Source: Christensenellaceae bacterium (GTDB taxonomy: Bacteria; Bacillota; Clostridia; Christensenellales; DTU072). Taken from it: DNA of 34,009 bases. The DNA is taken from NCBI GenBank assembly GCA_031288735.1, contig JAITQU010000095.1, positions 1 to 34,009 of the forward strand, written 5' to 3'. Positions within the stretch are counted from its first letter, which is position 1. Each line of letters starts with the position of its first letter. The notes under the pieces are model-generated. The model was given only the letters and a program-made list of their open reading frames with translations, was not told the DNA's origin and did not search any database. Of this stretch, positions 21,544-31,118 are shown piece by piece. The position numbers and the translations under genes were made by a program.

Positions 21544-23786
21544 TGGATTTTAATATTGATATGCTTAATAGTGCACAACGCTGTGCCGTTGAGGACACAG
21601 AAGGTCCAGTGCTAGTTCTAGCTGGGGCTGGCTCAGGAAAAACTCGTGTACTTACACATAGAGTAGCGCATCTTGTGATGTCTAAGGGGATTTCACAATA
21701 TAGAATATTAGCTATAACATTTACAAACAAGGCAACAAATGAAATGCGCGAAAGATTAAATAAAATGCTAGGCGAAGACAATCGCGTATTTGTTTCTACA
21801 TTTCATAGCCTTTGTTGTACTATTCTAAGAGATCAATGTACAAAATTAGGATACGATAGAAATTTTAGTATCCTTGACCAAAATGATGTTTTAAGAATAG
21901 TCAAGAAGTTGTTGCGAGAGTTTGACTATGATGATGATCTAAAACCCGAGACAGTAATAAATCATATTTCTAAGGCAAAAAGCAGGGGGCTAACACCAGC
22001 GCAGTATTTTATTGAGGATAATGATTTTGAATATAACCGAGAAATATTTGAGCTCTTTAATAATTATAATGAAACCTTACTACAACTAAACGCAATGGAT
22101 TTTGATGATTTATTGTATAAAACAGATGAGCTATTTAATAATTTCCCAGAGGCTTTAAGTAAATACCAGGAGCGATTTCAATACATACATGTTGATGAAT
22201 TTCAAGATACCAATGCAGTGCAGTTTGATATTGTAAAAAAACTGGCTGGTAAATATGGGAATTTGTTTGTTGTAGGTGATGATGATCAGAGTATCTATGG
22301 GTGGCGTGGATCTGTACTAGAAAATATTTTAAACTTTGACAAGATTTTTCCTGGAGCAAATGTGCACAAGCTTTTAAGAAATTATCGCTCGACCGAAAAA
22401 ATACTTGAAGCTGCAAATAATGTAATAAGTAACAACAAAGCTAGGCATGATAAAAATCTGTACACAGAGATTAAAATAGGTGATGATGTCGAATTTAGAA
22501 ATTTTTGGTCAGAGAGAAACGAAGCCGAATGGGTTATTGGAGAAATAGCGTCCTTGAAGCGAAGATTTAATTATTCATATAACGATTTCGCTATACTTAT
22601 ACGTGCTAGCTCGCTAAGTCGACATTTTGAAAATTGTTTTGCAGATTTAAGAATATCATATAATTTTTATGGTGGCCATAAGTTCTTTGATCGCGCAGAA
22701 ATTAAAAACTTGCTTGCATATTTAAGAATAATATGCAACCCTCGCGATGCTGTTGCTATAGAGCGAATAATCAACTTTCCGCACCGTGGTATAGGTGAGG
22801 TTTCTTTTAATAAATTAGTTAAATATGCTCAGGATAACTCGAAGGATCTATTGGAGGTTGTTTTTAACATTCAATCAGCAAACATATTAAGCGGGAAACC
22901 ATTAAAAGGTGTTTTGGATTTTGGCAATCTTATTTTAGACTTTACTACGCATAAGGATATGGACATATCTTCATTTGTCAAATATGTAGTGTCTAAAATA
23001 GGACTTGAGGAAGTCTACATGGCAATGAAAAAGGAAGACAAAGAGGACGATAAATGGGATAATATTAAGCAATTCTTGCAGCACGTTGAGGAATACAGTA
23101 ATGAGTATCCATCGTCAAGTATAGAGGAGTTTTTGCAATCAACAGTTTTAGCATCCGAAAGACATGGTGGGAATGTTGATGAATGTGAGTTTGCAACTAT
23201 CACTACTATGCATTCCGCAAAAGGCTTAGAATTTAAAGTAGTTTTCATAGTTGCTTGTGAGGAAGATATTTTCCCCTCATATCAGTCAAAAGAAAAAAAC
23301 AATGTTGAAGAGGAAAGAAGGTTGATGTATGTAGCTATCACGAGAGCACGGGAAAAACTATATATTACAAATGCTACAAGCCGTATGCGAGGTGATAATG
23401 TTGTCTATGCACTGCCGTCACGGTTTATAAGAGAAGCAAAAGGTGCAAGAAACGTTAACGCTTATGCTGAATATGCCAAAAAGCATAACATCATAAACGA
23501 AAGCATAACCAAAACACAAAGCGGAGTGGAAAGTTATAAAAAGACTGATACAACGAAAAATGAAATTTCAGTTCAACAAATAGTTAACTCATACAAGAAA
23601 ACTGATGTGCAAGAAAAAGATATTTTAAGCTTTACAAATGGCGCAAGAGTTAAACATCCTACTTATGGCGAAGGAAAAATAATTGTTGTGTATGGATCTG
23701 GAGCTGATATAACAGCAAGCGTACTATTTCAAGAATTAGGTGTTAAAAAATTTAAATTGGCAGTCGCGCCGTTAGAGCTAATATAA
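21543..23786 (+). CDS. pcrA: ATP-dependent DNA helicase PcrA/UvrD
   Basis: AGAGSGKT, TFTNKA, DEFQDTN, GDDDQSIYGWRG, NYRS, HSAKGLEF, YVAITRA and a C-terminal Tudor-like domain. ATG overlaps the dgt TGA. Confidence 0.95.
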   Translation: MDFNIDMLNSAQRCAVEDTEGPVLVLAGAGSGKTRVLTHRVAHLVMSKGISQYRILAITFTNKATNEMRERLNKMLGEDNRVFVSTFHSLCCTILRDQCTKLGYDRNFSILDQNDVLRIVKKLLREFDYDDDLKPETVINHISKAKSRGLTPAQYFIEDNDFEYNREIFELFNNYNETLLQLNAMDFDDLLYKTDELFNNFPEALSKYQERFQYIHVDEFQDTNAVQFDIVKKLAGKYGNLFVVGDDDQSIYGWRGSVLENILNFDKIFPGANVHKLLRNYRSTEKILEAANNVISNNKARHDKNLYTEIKIGDDVEFRNFWSERNEAEWVIGEIASLKRRFNYSYNDFAILIRASSLSRHFENCFADLRISYNFYGGHKFFDRAEIKNLLAYLRIICNPRDAVAIERIINFPHRGIGEVSFNKLVKYAQDNSKDLLEVVFNIQSANILSGKPLKGVLDFGNLILDFTTHKDMDISSFVKYVVSKIGLEEVYMAMKKEDKEDDKWDNIKQFLQHVEEYSNEYPSSSIEEFLQSTVLASERHGGNVDECEFATITTMHSAKGLEFKVVFIVACEEDIFPSYQSKEKNNVEEERRLMYVAITRAREKLYITNATSRMRGDNVVYALPSRFIREAKGARNVNAYAEYAKKHNIINESITKTQSGVESYKKTDTTKNEISVQQIVNSYKKTDVQEKDILSFTNGARVKHPTYGEGKIIVVYGSGADITASVLFQELGVKKFKLAVAPLELI

Positions 23787-23790
23787 TTTA

Positions 23791-24094
23791 GTGATACTCC
23801 CGTCGACTAACGCCTACGGCGTTTGAGTCGGTGTCTTCCTTGGAACTTCCCCTTACGGCAAGATGTTTACCAAGCTATCCCCGTGCGTCCCACGGTTCGA
23901 TGTAAAGCGCTATGAGGTCAGTAATCGAAGCCATTCGACGAATGATTATTACTATCCAAGTCCTCTCGAAAATCAGACCTCCTTAATATGCACTGATTCT
24001 ATCACAAATTCTCAAAGGGTCAATACAGGACGGTCGAACAAGGTGTGCCTTCATCTCACCGCCTATAGAGGCGGGAGACTTTTCACACATAAGG
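23791..24094 (-). mobile_element. ORF-less IS200/IS605 derivative (left end fused to right end/omega-RNA region)
   Basis: 23791..~23943 is homologous to 31365..~31524, and ~23942..24094 is homologous to ~32899..33053. Both subterminal hairpins and the terminal TCAC are retained. Confidence 0.9.
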
Positions 24095-24163
24095 GTAAAT
24101 TTAGTAAATTTGACATTTGCATTCTGTCCAAATCAAAAAAATAAAAATTACAAGAGGTATAAA

Positions 24164-27100
24164 ATGTATTCAATTGATAAGCCCAAAAAATTAAGTTATT
24201 TCATTAAAAGAATTAGTGCACTACCAATAAAAGATGAGAATGCAAAAAACTTTGCTAGTATCAGTAGAATGATGGAACTTATTGAGGAAATAAACAAGCA
24301 TAACGCTAGTTATTATGATAAAGATGCTCCTCTTGTTTCAGATGCGGAGTATGATAAACTTTATACTGAGCTTTCGAAACTAGAAAAAACCAAGCGTATT
24401 CAGTTTAAAAATTCGCCTACTTTGCGAGTTGGTGGAAAAATTCTTGACGGCTTTAAACCTTACCAGCATAGAAGCAAATTGTATTCACTAGATAAGGCAC
24501 AATCGTTTGACGAATTAGCTAATTTTTTTGAGCGCATTGGAAAGGATACGAAAAGCCCAAGTCAAGAGTTTGTAGTTGAATACAAGTTTGATGGACTTAC
24601 ACTGTCGCTAATCTATGATAAAGGGGAACTAGTTTTAGGTGCCACGCGTGGTGATGGTGAGGTTGGCGAAAATGTTACAGCGCAAGTAAAGACAATTGAT
24701 TCAATACCACTTAAGATCAAATACAAGGGTCGAGTTGAAATTCAAGGCGAGGCCATAATGAGACTTAGTGCTTTTAACAGATACAATAGTAGTGCAGCGG
24801 TTCCTTTAAAGAATCCTAGAAATGCGGCCGCTGGGGCTATTCGTAATATTGATCCTAAAAATACTGAAAAACGCAAACTATCATTTTTTGCCTACAATGT
24901 AAGCTACTGCGAATTAAATATCAACTCTCAGCTCGAAATGCTAGAGTTTCTTACTTCGAATGGTTTCTATGTGGAAAAACCGCTAGCAGTAGTTCATAAC
25001 ATTAGTGAAGCAAAAATCGTTTTAAATGATGTAGAGAGAGCACGCAAAAATTTAGATTTTTTAATTGACGGTGCTGTTTTAAAATTGAATCCAGTGGGCC
25101 CGCGTGCCAAAATTGGATACACTGAAAAATTTCCCAAGTGGTCGATTGCATATAAGTTTAAGGCAAGCGAGTTAACTACTACCTTGACTGCTGTAGTATG
25201 GAAGGTTTCTAGGACATCAAGAATAAATCCAGTAGCAGTTTTTGATCCAGTTAATTTTGATGGTGTAACTATACAGAACGCATCACTTAACAATATAGCT
25301 GACATTAAGAAAAAAGATTTAAAACTAAACAGTCGCATCCTGGTTCGGCGAGCAAATGATGTTATTCCACAAATTATGGGTGTTTGCACGCATACAGAGC
25401 AGAGCAAGGAAATTGAAATACCAAGAGTTTGCCCATCGTGTAATGCTAATGTCACAAGCGAAAGCGATTTCATATATTGCACAAATCCTGAAAATTGTCC
25501 AGAAACCATTATTGCTACTTTGGTGCATTTTGCCTCTGTATCGTGTATGGACATCAACGGTTTTAGTGAAAAAACTGCAGGATTAATATACAGAGAATTA
25601 AATGTAAGATCTATCGTAGATCTCTATAGGATTAAAGTAGCCGATCTCTTGAAACTTGATGGATTTAGCAATAAAGGTGCTACCAAGATGGTAAGTGCAA
25701 TAAATGAATCTAAAAAAGTCGCACTTTCAAAATTCATATATGCACTAGGCATTCCTGGCATAGGTGGAAAAGCGGCAAAGGACCTAGCGCAAAAATACAA
25801 ATCAACAAGTGGTTTATTGAAAGCAGAATACGGTGAGCTCCTTAGTCTTGACAAGTTTGGTGAAAAGTCCGCAAATAACTTTATTGAGTACATTTCTAAT
25901 GAGAAAAACCGTATTGCAATTGAAAAACTGTCTTGCCTAGGCATTTGCGCTAACACTGATGCTAATGAAACAAAAATTGACTTCATTAAATGGCTAACCC
26001 ATTTTGGATCTGAGAGTTGCATGAATATTTTTGCGCTGACTGAGGAAATGGCTAAGCTTCTATACGAAAGAGTGGATGTTAGAACAATCGTTGACATATA
26101 CAGATTAAAGGAAACTGATTTCTGGAAAATTTCTGAGATAAATAGCGAAAATTTGAAAAGAATGCTTAAATCAATAGAGGAATCTAAAAACACTACGCTT
26201 GATAGATTTATACGCTCCTTTAAAATATTAGGAGTAGGAGAAATGGAGTCAAAGATTTTATCAAATCATTATGGTTCTATAGATAATTTATTTGACACCT
26301 GGTTTGATGAGTTAGCTAACTGTGGCGAGTTTAACAACGAAACAGTTAATAGCATTATGCAATTTGTTTCTAACGAAAACAATCGTTTGTGCATCAAAAG
26401 ATTATTAGCTCTAGGTGTTTGTCGTAACGTCAGCGGTAATGAAAAAGATGGAAGTCTTTCTTTCGAATGTCTAGAGCGATTTGGATCTCGGTTAGGTATG
26501 AATATTAAAGGATTCAATAAAAAGACAATAGAATTAATCTTGAAGTCAAACATAAAGAGTTTCGACGAATTATATACTCTCTCTATTGAGGATCTTAAAA
26601 AAATTGATGGCATTACCGAAACAAGTGCTAAAGCACTAGTTGATGCCATTAAAGAATCAAAAAATGCATCGCTTGCGCAATTCATTTATGCGCTAGGGAT
26701 ATTTGGAATAAAAGAAAAAGAGTCTAATATCTTGGCACAAAGGTATGGGACTTTAGACAATTTCGTCAATGCTTGGTTTGATGAATTAATAAAATTAGAA
26801 ATATTTAATGAGGATGAGATAGTTAATTTGATGAAATATATTTCTACTCCGTCCAATCGTTTGACTATTAAGAACCTTCAAACATTAGGAATTTGCAATA
26901 CAGAAATAACAACAACGCTAAAAGACTTCGTCTGGCAGATTATGCCAGATTCAAAGCTTACAGCAATAGGAATATTTGACAGCATTGAAGTAGGAGGGAA
27001 AAAAGTAGAGTTTGCCGCAATATCAGAAATTGACATGGAGAATATTGATATCAGAGTTGGTGATTTAGTCACTGTTAAGTGTTTTGGTGATAGTTATAAA

Positions 27101-27250
27101 ATAACTAGTAGTCAAAGGCAGACAGAAGATGCTACAAAAATTATGGCACCAAGGGTATGCCCATATTGTGGTGCTCCCTTAAAAACTGTCAATCAGGATA
27201 TGTATTGCACAAATTCTGAAAACTGCAAATCCAAAAGCTTTTCAGGTTAG
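24164..27250 (+). CDS. ligA: NAD-dependent DNA ligase with expanded C-terminus (3x HhH block, second OB+Zn finger, no BRCT)
   Basis: YYDKDAPLVSDAEYD, KFDG adenylation lysine, TRGDGEVGENVT, NPRNAAAG, DGAVLK and a C4 Zn finger. GAGG precedes ATG 24164. Confidence 0.93.
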   Translation: MYSIDKPKKLSYFIKRISALPIKDENAKNFASISRMMELIEEINKHNASYYDKDAPLVSDAEYDKLYTELSKLEKTKRIQFKNSPTLRVGGKILDGFKPYQHRSKLYSLDKAQSFDELANFFERIGKDTKSPSQEFVVEYKFDGLTLSLIYDKGELVLGATRGDGEVGENVTAQVKTIDSIPLKIKYKGRVEIQGEAIMRLSAFNRYNSSAAVPLKNPRNAAAGAIRNIDPKNTEKRKLSFFAYNVSYCELNINSQLEMLEFLTSNGFYVEKPLAVVHNISEAKIVLNDVERARKNLDFLIDGAVLKLNPVGPRAKIGYTEKFPKWSIAYKFKASELTTTLTAVVWKVSRTSRINPVAVFDPVNFDGVTIQNASLNNIADIKKKDLKLNSRILVRRANDVIPQIMGVCTHTEQSKEIEIPRVCPSCNANVTSESDFIYCTNPENCPETIIATLVHFASVSCMDINGFSEKTAGLIYRELNVRSIVDLYRIKVADLLKLDGFSNKGATKMVSAINESKKVALSKFIYALGIPGIGGKAAKDLAQKYKSTSGLLKAEYGELLSLDKFGEKSANNFIEYISNEKNRIAIEKLSCLGICANTDANETKIDFIKWLTHFGSESCMNIFALTEEMAKLLYERVDVRTIVDIYRLKETDFWKISEINSENLKRMLKSIEESKNTTLDRFIRSFKILGVGEMESKILSNHYGSIDNLFDTWFDELANCGEFNNETVNSIMQFVSNENNRLCIKRLLALGVCRNVSGNEKDGSLSFECLERFGSRLGMNIKGFNKKTIELILKSNIKSFDELYTLSIEDLKKIDGITETSAKALVDAIKESKNASLAQFIYALGIFGIKEKESNILAQRYGTLDNFVNAWFDELIKLEIFNEDEIVNLMKYISTPSNRLTIKNLQTLGICNTEITTTLKDFVWQIMPDSKLTAIGIFDSIEVGGKKVEFAAISEIDMENIDIRVGDLVTVKCFGDSYKITSSQRQTEDATKIMAPRVCPYCGAPLKTVNQDMYCTNSENCKSKSFSG

Positions 27251-27358
27251 AATATTAGGTGCTAATTGTGGTTAAAAGATTCTATAACACCTATACTTTG
27301 TTGAACCAAACCTAGTGTTATCACTACAGAAAAGAAGCTGTGAAACTAATTTTCAAAT

Positions 27359-27388
27359 AAAAGGAGCGATATCCTCGCTCCTTTTTTT
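27359..27388. terminator. Bidirectional intrinsic terminator between convergent ligA and ATPase genes
   Basis: AAAAGGAGCGA-TATCC-TCGCTCCTTTTTTT: a perfect stem with T tracts on both strands. Confidence 0.88.
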
Positions 27389-27400
27389 ACACAATAATTT

Positions 27401-29248
27401 TTATTCTGACAGCCTAATAAGATCTCTCCAGATTTTTGTCCAGCTATCAACATACCTGTATGGAATATGGACATCCTTATAAAACGACATAACATTAATC
27501 TTTGTGCGCTTTGCAATCTCGTAGCGGAAGTTTTTTGGTAACTCTATATTCTTAGACTGAGCATGCTCAAATATTTGCACCATGAGACTCTTACTTTGAG
27601 AAAAAGAGAATTTTTCATTGTCGCTCTCTATGTTTTTATCTAAAACCTCGGATATATATAATCTAGAAGACACTTCGACATAATTTATCGGCATTATATC
27701 TTCAATATAAGTAGCACCCTTTAGATAATCAGAAAGGGATTTAACCTTTTCAGGTGAGGCCTTGTATTTACCTTCTAAAAGTCGCTTTTTTATTTCATTC
27801 CCTTCACTATCAGATGCTAAAAGAATGGCTGGTAGGTCTGCACCATCACTAAACATTGCACATATTGAATCAATACCCGATTTTCCAGTGGAAAACACTA
27901 GAGTTTGATATATTGTATTAAGTTTTCCCTTTGAAATTAAAATATTTTTTATAAGTGATAGGTAGGATTCATCCTCCTCATTTAGTACTATTATAGGAAG
28001 ACAGCCTGCTAGAGACTTCTCAGCAACATATAGCCCTAGTGAGGATTGGACTGGGAAAATTGAGAGCTCGTTACTTCGCTCGTCATTGATTACTAAATCA
28101 TGACTTATTATTGTATGTCCAGAGTCATCTTTAAAAACGATCCTTACATTGTTCATATACTTAACAGGAATCATATACGATGAATGGGTATTGTATAAAA
28201 CCTGCGCGCATTCCCCTGCTTTCAAGAAATACTCAGCTAGCTTTCGTTGCGTTATTGAATGCATTGCCGCACCAGCTTCGTCAAACATGAGTACTGTATG
28301 ATGATCATTTTTTGACATAAGGCCAGTGATTGAGAAAGTAAGGAAGTGTGCAAAAAAGCGCCTAAAGCCAGTGCTTCGATTTTCTAGGTTATAAAGCTTT
28401 CCAGTTTTGCGGTCGATTATTTTTATAGTTATTCCTCTATCATAGCTTTCAAACCCTATTGAAGTATCGTCTTTACCCCAGCATTCTAAAAACTGTTCGT
28501 TTAGTCTTTCGAACCCACGCTTAATACGATTATGGAAGAGAGGGACCAATTCGAGCACCCTGCGAAAATCAAGTGATTTGACATCAACCTTTAATTTCTC
28601 GCAAGCCTCGGATATGGATTTTTCAAGATTATTTTCCCAAATATCTAAGCAGTTTAGAAGTCGGCGAAACCGTCTTTCATCGGCGGTTAAAACGTTATCA
28701 CTAAGCTTTCCACTTAATTTGTCCACTAAGGTTAAAAGATCAATATTACTTGACGCTTCTGTAACCTCATGGAAGTATTGAAATCTTGGCATTGCTAGTA
28801 AAATTTCAGTCTCAACACTTTTTTTAATGTCAACTGGCATATCGCTAGTTAAGCTAATTTCATAGTTGCCACTATAAGTTCTTGCAATTACTAAGGAATC
28901 TTTTTTTACATAGTCTTTGTATATATCCTTGATTCGCATATTGAGCTTATCATCTATGCTAAGCTCTGCCCTTACAAATGTAGTGCTTTCAATGCGAGGT
29001 AATAACTCCTCAGCACGATCAATCGGGACGTCAGCCTTTAGATTAATTTCAGCTATGCGATAAATATCAGCACGGCTTGTACGTAGGATGTCGAGTCTGT
29101 TAGGTGGCATTATTTTCATAAGTGCAAAAAATAGCGTAGTTTTTCCCGACTCGTTGTCCCCTGCAAAAACCGTCACGTTTTCACAATCGATCCACCCACT
29201 GTCGATAATAGAACGGAAATCTGTTACTCTAAACTTAAGTAATCTCAT
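27401..29248 (-). CDS. OLD-family-like ABC ATPase with degenerate C-terminal TOPRIM domain
   Basis: DFRSI N-terminus, Walker A GDNESGKT, signature RSTGF, Walker B LMFDE and H-loop THS. The TOPRIM-like region reads IIVLNEED and LLASD. Confidence 0.8.
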   Translation of the reverse strand: MRLLKFRVTDFRSIIDSGWIDCENVTVFAGDNESGKTTLFFALMKIMPPNRLDILRTSRADIYRIAEINLKADVPIDRAEELLPRIESTTFVRAELSIDDKLNMRIKDIYKDYVKKDSLVIARTYSGNYEISLTSDMPVDIKKSVETEILLAMPRFQYFHEVTEASSNIDLLTLVDKLSGKLSDNVLTADERRFRRLLNCLDIWENNLEKSISEACEKLKVDVKSLDFRRVLELVPLFHNRIKRGFERLNEQFLECWGKDDTSIGFESYDRGITIKIIDRKTGKLYNLENRSTGFRRFFAHFLTFSITGLMSKNDHHTVLMFDEAGAAMHSITQRKLAEYFLKAGECAQVLYNTHSSYMIPVKYMNNVRIVFKDDSGHTIISHDLVINDERSNELSIFPVQSSLGLYVAEKSLAGCLPIIVLNEEDESYLSLIKNILISKGKLNTIYQTLVFSTGKSGIDSICAMFSDGADLPAILLASDSEGNEIKKRLLEGKYKASPEKVKSLSDYLKGATYIEDIMPINYVEVSSRLYISEVLDKNIESDNEKFSFSQSKSLMVQIFEHAQSKNIELPKNFRYEIAKRTKINVMSFYKDVHIPYRYVDSWTKIWRDLIRLSE

Positions 29249-30918
29249 GTTTTTTTACCACCTTTTCTTATTCTCTTAAACATAAGGAATTTATTGTTTT
29301 CGTCTGATATTGTACTATTACCTACTAGTCTTCTAATCGATGCTGCCTTTTTCATATTCGACAAAATCAACCATATGAATGCACCAATAGCACCTGCAGT
29401 CAAAATTGATAAACAGACTATCAGTGCGACATTAGGTTTATCTATCTCAAATGTTACACTGCTCTCATTACCAGCTAGATCGTAGACAAAAACAGTGTAA
29501 AAACCAGATTTTGTAAAGGTTATATTTCCTGCATCGTCAAATTTAGCATCTAGCTCACGTTCATTAAGAGTAACCTTTGAACTTGAAAGGTCTTTAACTG
29601 AAACTTTAACATTTTTGTTAAAGATCTTGACAGACTGAGATGTTACATCATTGTCTTGAACTATCAGCTTGAGCTCAGGGAGGGTGATGTCGAGATTTTT
29701 TACATCAACATAAAAATCATCAGAAACTTCCCCCGCTCCGCTCACCGCATAGAATCTGTATATGCCAGGTCGGAATATTTCCAATTGTGACTTAGTGTGC
29801 TCTACAGGAGGCTCACCCTCTATTGCATACCATACTTTGACACCGCTCGTGTTTCTGCTTGTGGTAATTTCAAGGGTGACCTTTTCCCTAGAAAGAATAG
29901 TTGGATCCCCTTTTTGCTTTACCTCTATTGTTGGGACTTCAGTGTCTACCCATGGGATAAACTTAAAAATATCGGCACTGGGTGCTACATACTCATAGGT
30001 CACACCAGAGCCACTAACGGCACCAAATTTAATTATATCATTATTGGTTTTAGGATATACTGAAATGACGCATTTTGTGTCTTCATCATCCTCCGCAAAT
30101 ACCTTATCTACACTATTTGCATCTAGTGACCACCAGTAACGTACGCCGGAAACAGGAATAGCATGGGCTAATATTACATAAGTAGCAACAGTGCCCCACA
30201 CCTGATTGTATCCCTTTTCAAACGGTGCTACAACAGTGAATGCTGGGATCTCTGTATCAATTTTAGTAGCCTTGTATACAGCATCCCTCACTGCACCAGT
30301 ATTACTTGTTATAGTAACGATGTAGTTACCATTTTCATTAACAGCAAATTCAGTTACTCCAGGCGAGATTACGGTTGGTGTGGACGTAGGATCTGTTATT
30401 ACAACGGTATATCCTACATAAGACACACCTAGGTTAAATCCTACTTGGTATGAGGTTTGAAAATAAGATTCTGGCTCTATAAAACTTGTGATTTCTGGAG
30501 CTGAATCTATAAAAATTTTATGCTCATATGAAGACTCGGCTACAGTGATGCCATCCCCGTTCACCATTCTAAAGGATATCGATGCGTTTTTTACAGTCTC
30601 ATATATAGTGACACTGCTGGCATTTTCAGGAAAGTCTATCCAGGTTGGGGCATCTATTTGCTCTGACTCAACAAGACTGTACTGAAACCTATGGCCTACT
30701 TTAAGAGGTGAGGTTAGCGTAAATGTGTATGAGTTGTAATAGACAACCCCCCCTGCATGAGCACCACTGCCTCCACCTGCGCCCTCGATAGTTATTGAAT
30801 CTAAAGCATCAGCGTTTGCCTGTCCATTATTTGCAAATAGTATCGAAAAAAACATGCAGAAAGCAAGTATTGCTATAACTGGTAGCAAATAAATGAGGCG
30901 TTTTACTAGCTTTTCCAT
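29245..30918 (-). CDS. Secreted, C-terminally membrane-anchored protein with tandem Ig-like repeats
   Basis: GGAGG precedes ATG 30918; signal peptide ends in ANA; repeated (I/V/L)DxxxP linkers and GxYxxxxxxxAG strands (e.g. GFYTVFVYDLAGNES); C-terminal TM helix and basic tail. Confidence 0.8.
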   Translation of the reverse strand: MEKLVKRLIYLLPVIAILAFCMFFSILFANNGQANADALDSITIEGAGGGSGAHAGGVVYYNSYTFTLTSPLKVGHRFQYSLVESEQIDAPTWIDFPENASSVTIYETVKNASISFRMVNGDGITVAESSYEHKIFIDSAPEITSFIEPESYFQTSYQVGFNLGVSYVGYTVVITDPTSTPTVISPGVTEFAVNENGNYIVTITSNTGAVRDAVYKATKIDTEIPAFTVVAPFEKGYNQVWGTVATYVILAHAIPVSGVRYWWSLDANSVDKVFAEDDEDTKCVISVYPKTNNDIIKFGAVSGSGVTYEYVAPSADIFKFIPWVDTEVPTIEVKQKGDPTILSREKVTLEITTSRNTSGVKVWYAIEGEPPVEHTKSQLEIFRPGIYRFYAVSGAGEVSDDFYVDVKNLDITLPELKLIVQDNDVTSQSVKIFNKNVKVSVKDLSSSKVTLNERELDAKFDDAGNITFTKSGFYTVFVYDLAGNESSVTFEIDKPNVALIVCLSILTAGAIGAFIWLILSNMKKAASIRRLVGNSTISDENNKFLMFKRIRKGGKKT

Positions 30919-30946
30919 AAAACCTCCCGTTTTTTGACTATTAAGG

Positions 30947-31105
30947 ATATCTATTACCACACCGACACAAACTACCATGAGAGGCCACTATGAGTGCAGT
31001 AGCACATCTGGGAAGGTAGACTGTGTCGCTTTAATTTCGTTTATGTCAGCAAAAACTTACTATTCTAGCCTCAGGCAGGTTATATAGGTGGCAAGGTTAA
31101 GATAC
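30947..31105 (-). ncRNA. Candidate structured 5' leader RNA
   Basis: Nested complementary segments: 31088-31104 with 30948-30960, 31015-31028 with 30963-30976, and 30998-31003 with 30984-30989. It starts just after an extended -10. Confidence 0.4.
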
Positions 31106-31109
31106 TGTT

Positions 31110-31118
31110 AGTATATCA
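31110..31118 (-). promoter_or_regulatory. Extended -10 promoter element for the Ig-protein/ATPase operon
   Basis: TG-A-TATACT on the - strand; no convincing -35. Confidence 0.45.

Noticed and set aside
23863-24144. 93-aa ORF between pcrA and ligA
   Set aside because: It lies antisense within the IS605 derivative, has no recognisable motif, and the homologous copy does not support it.
30919-30978. Upstream ATG (30978) as the start of the Ig-like protein
   Set aside because: GGAGG and the signal peptide fit ATG 30918 better.
30947-31105. 6S RNA, SRP RNA or a known riboswitch
   Set aside because: The structure is asymmetric rather than a rod with a central bubble, and I saw no SRP or common riboswitch consensus. 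It is kept only as an unknown candidate.
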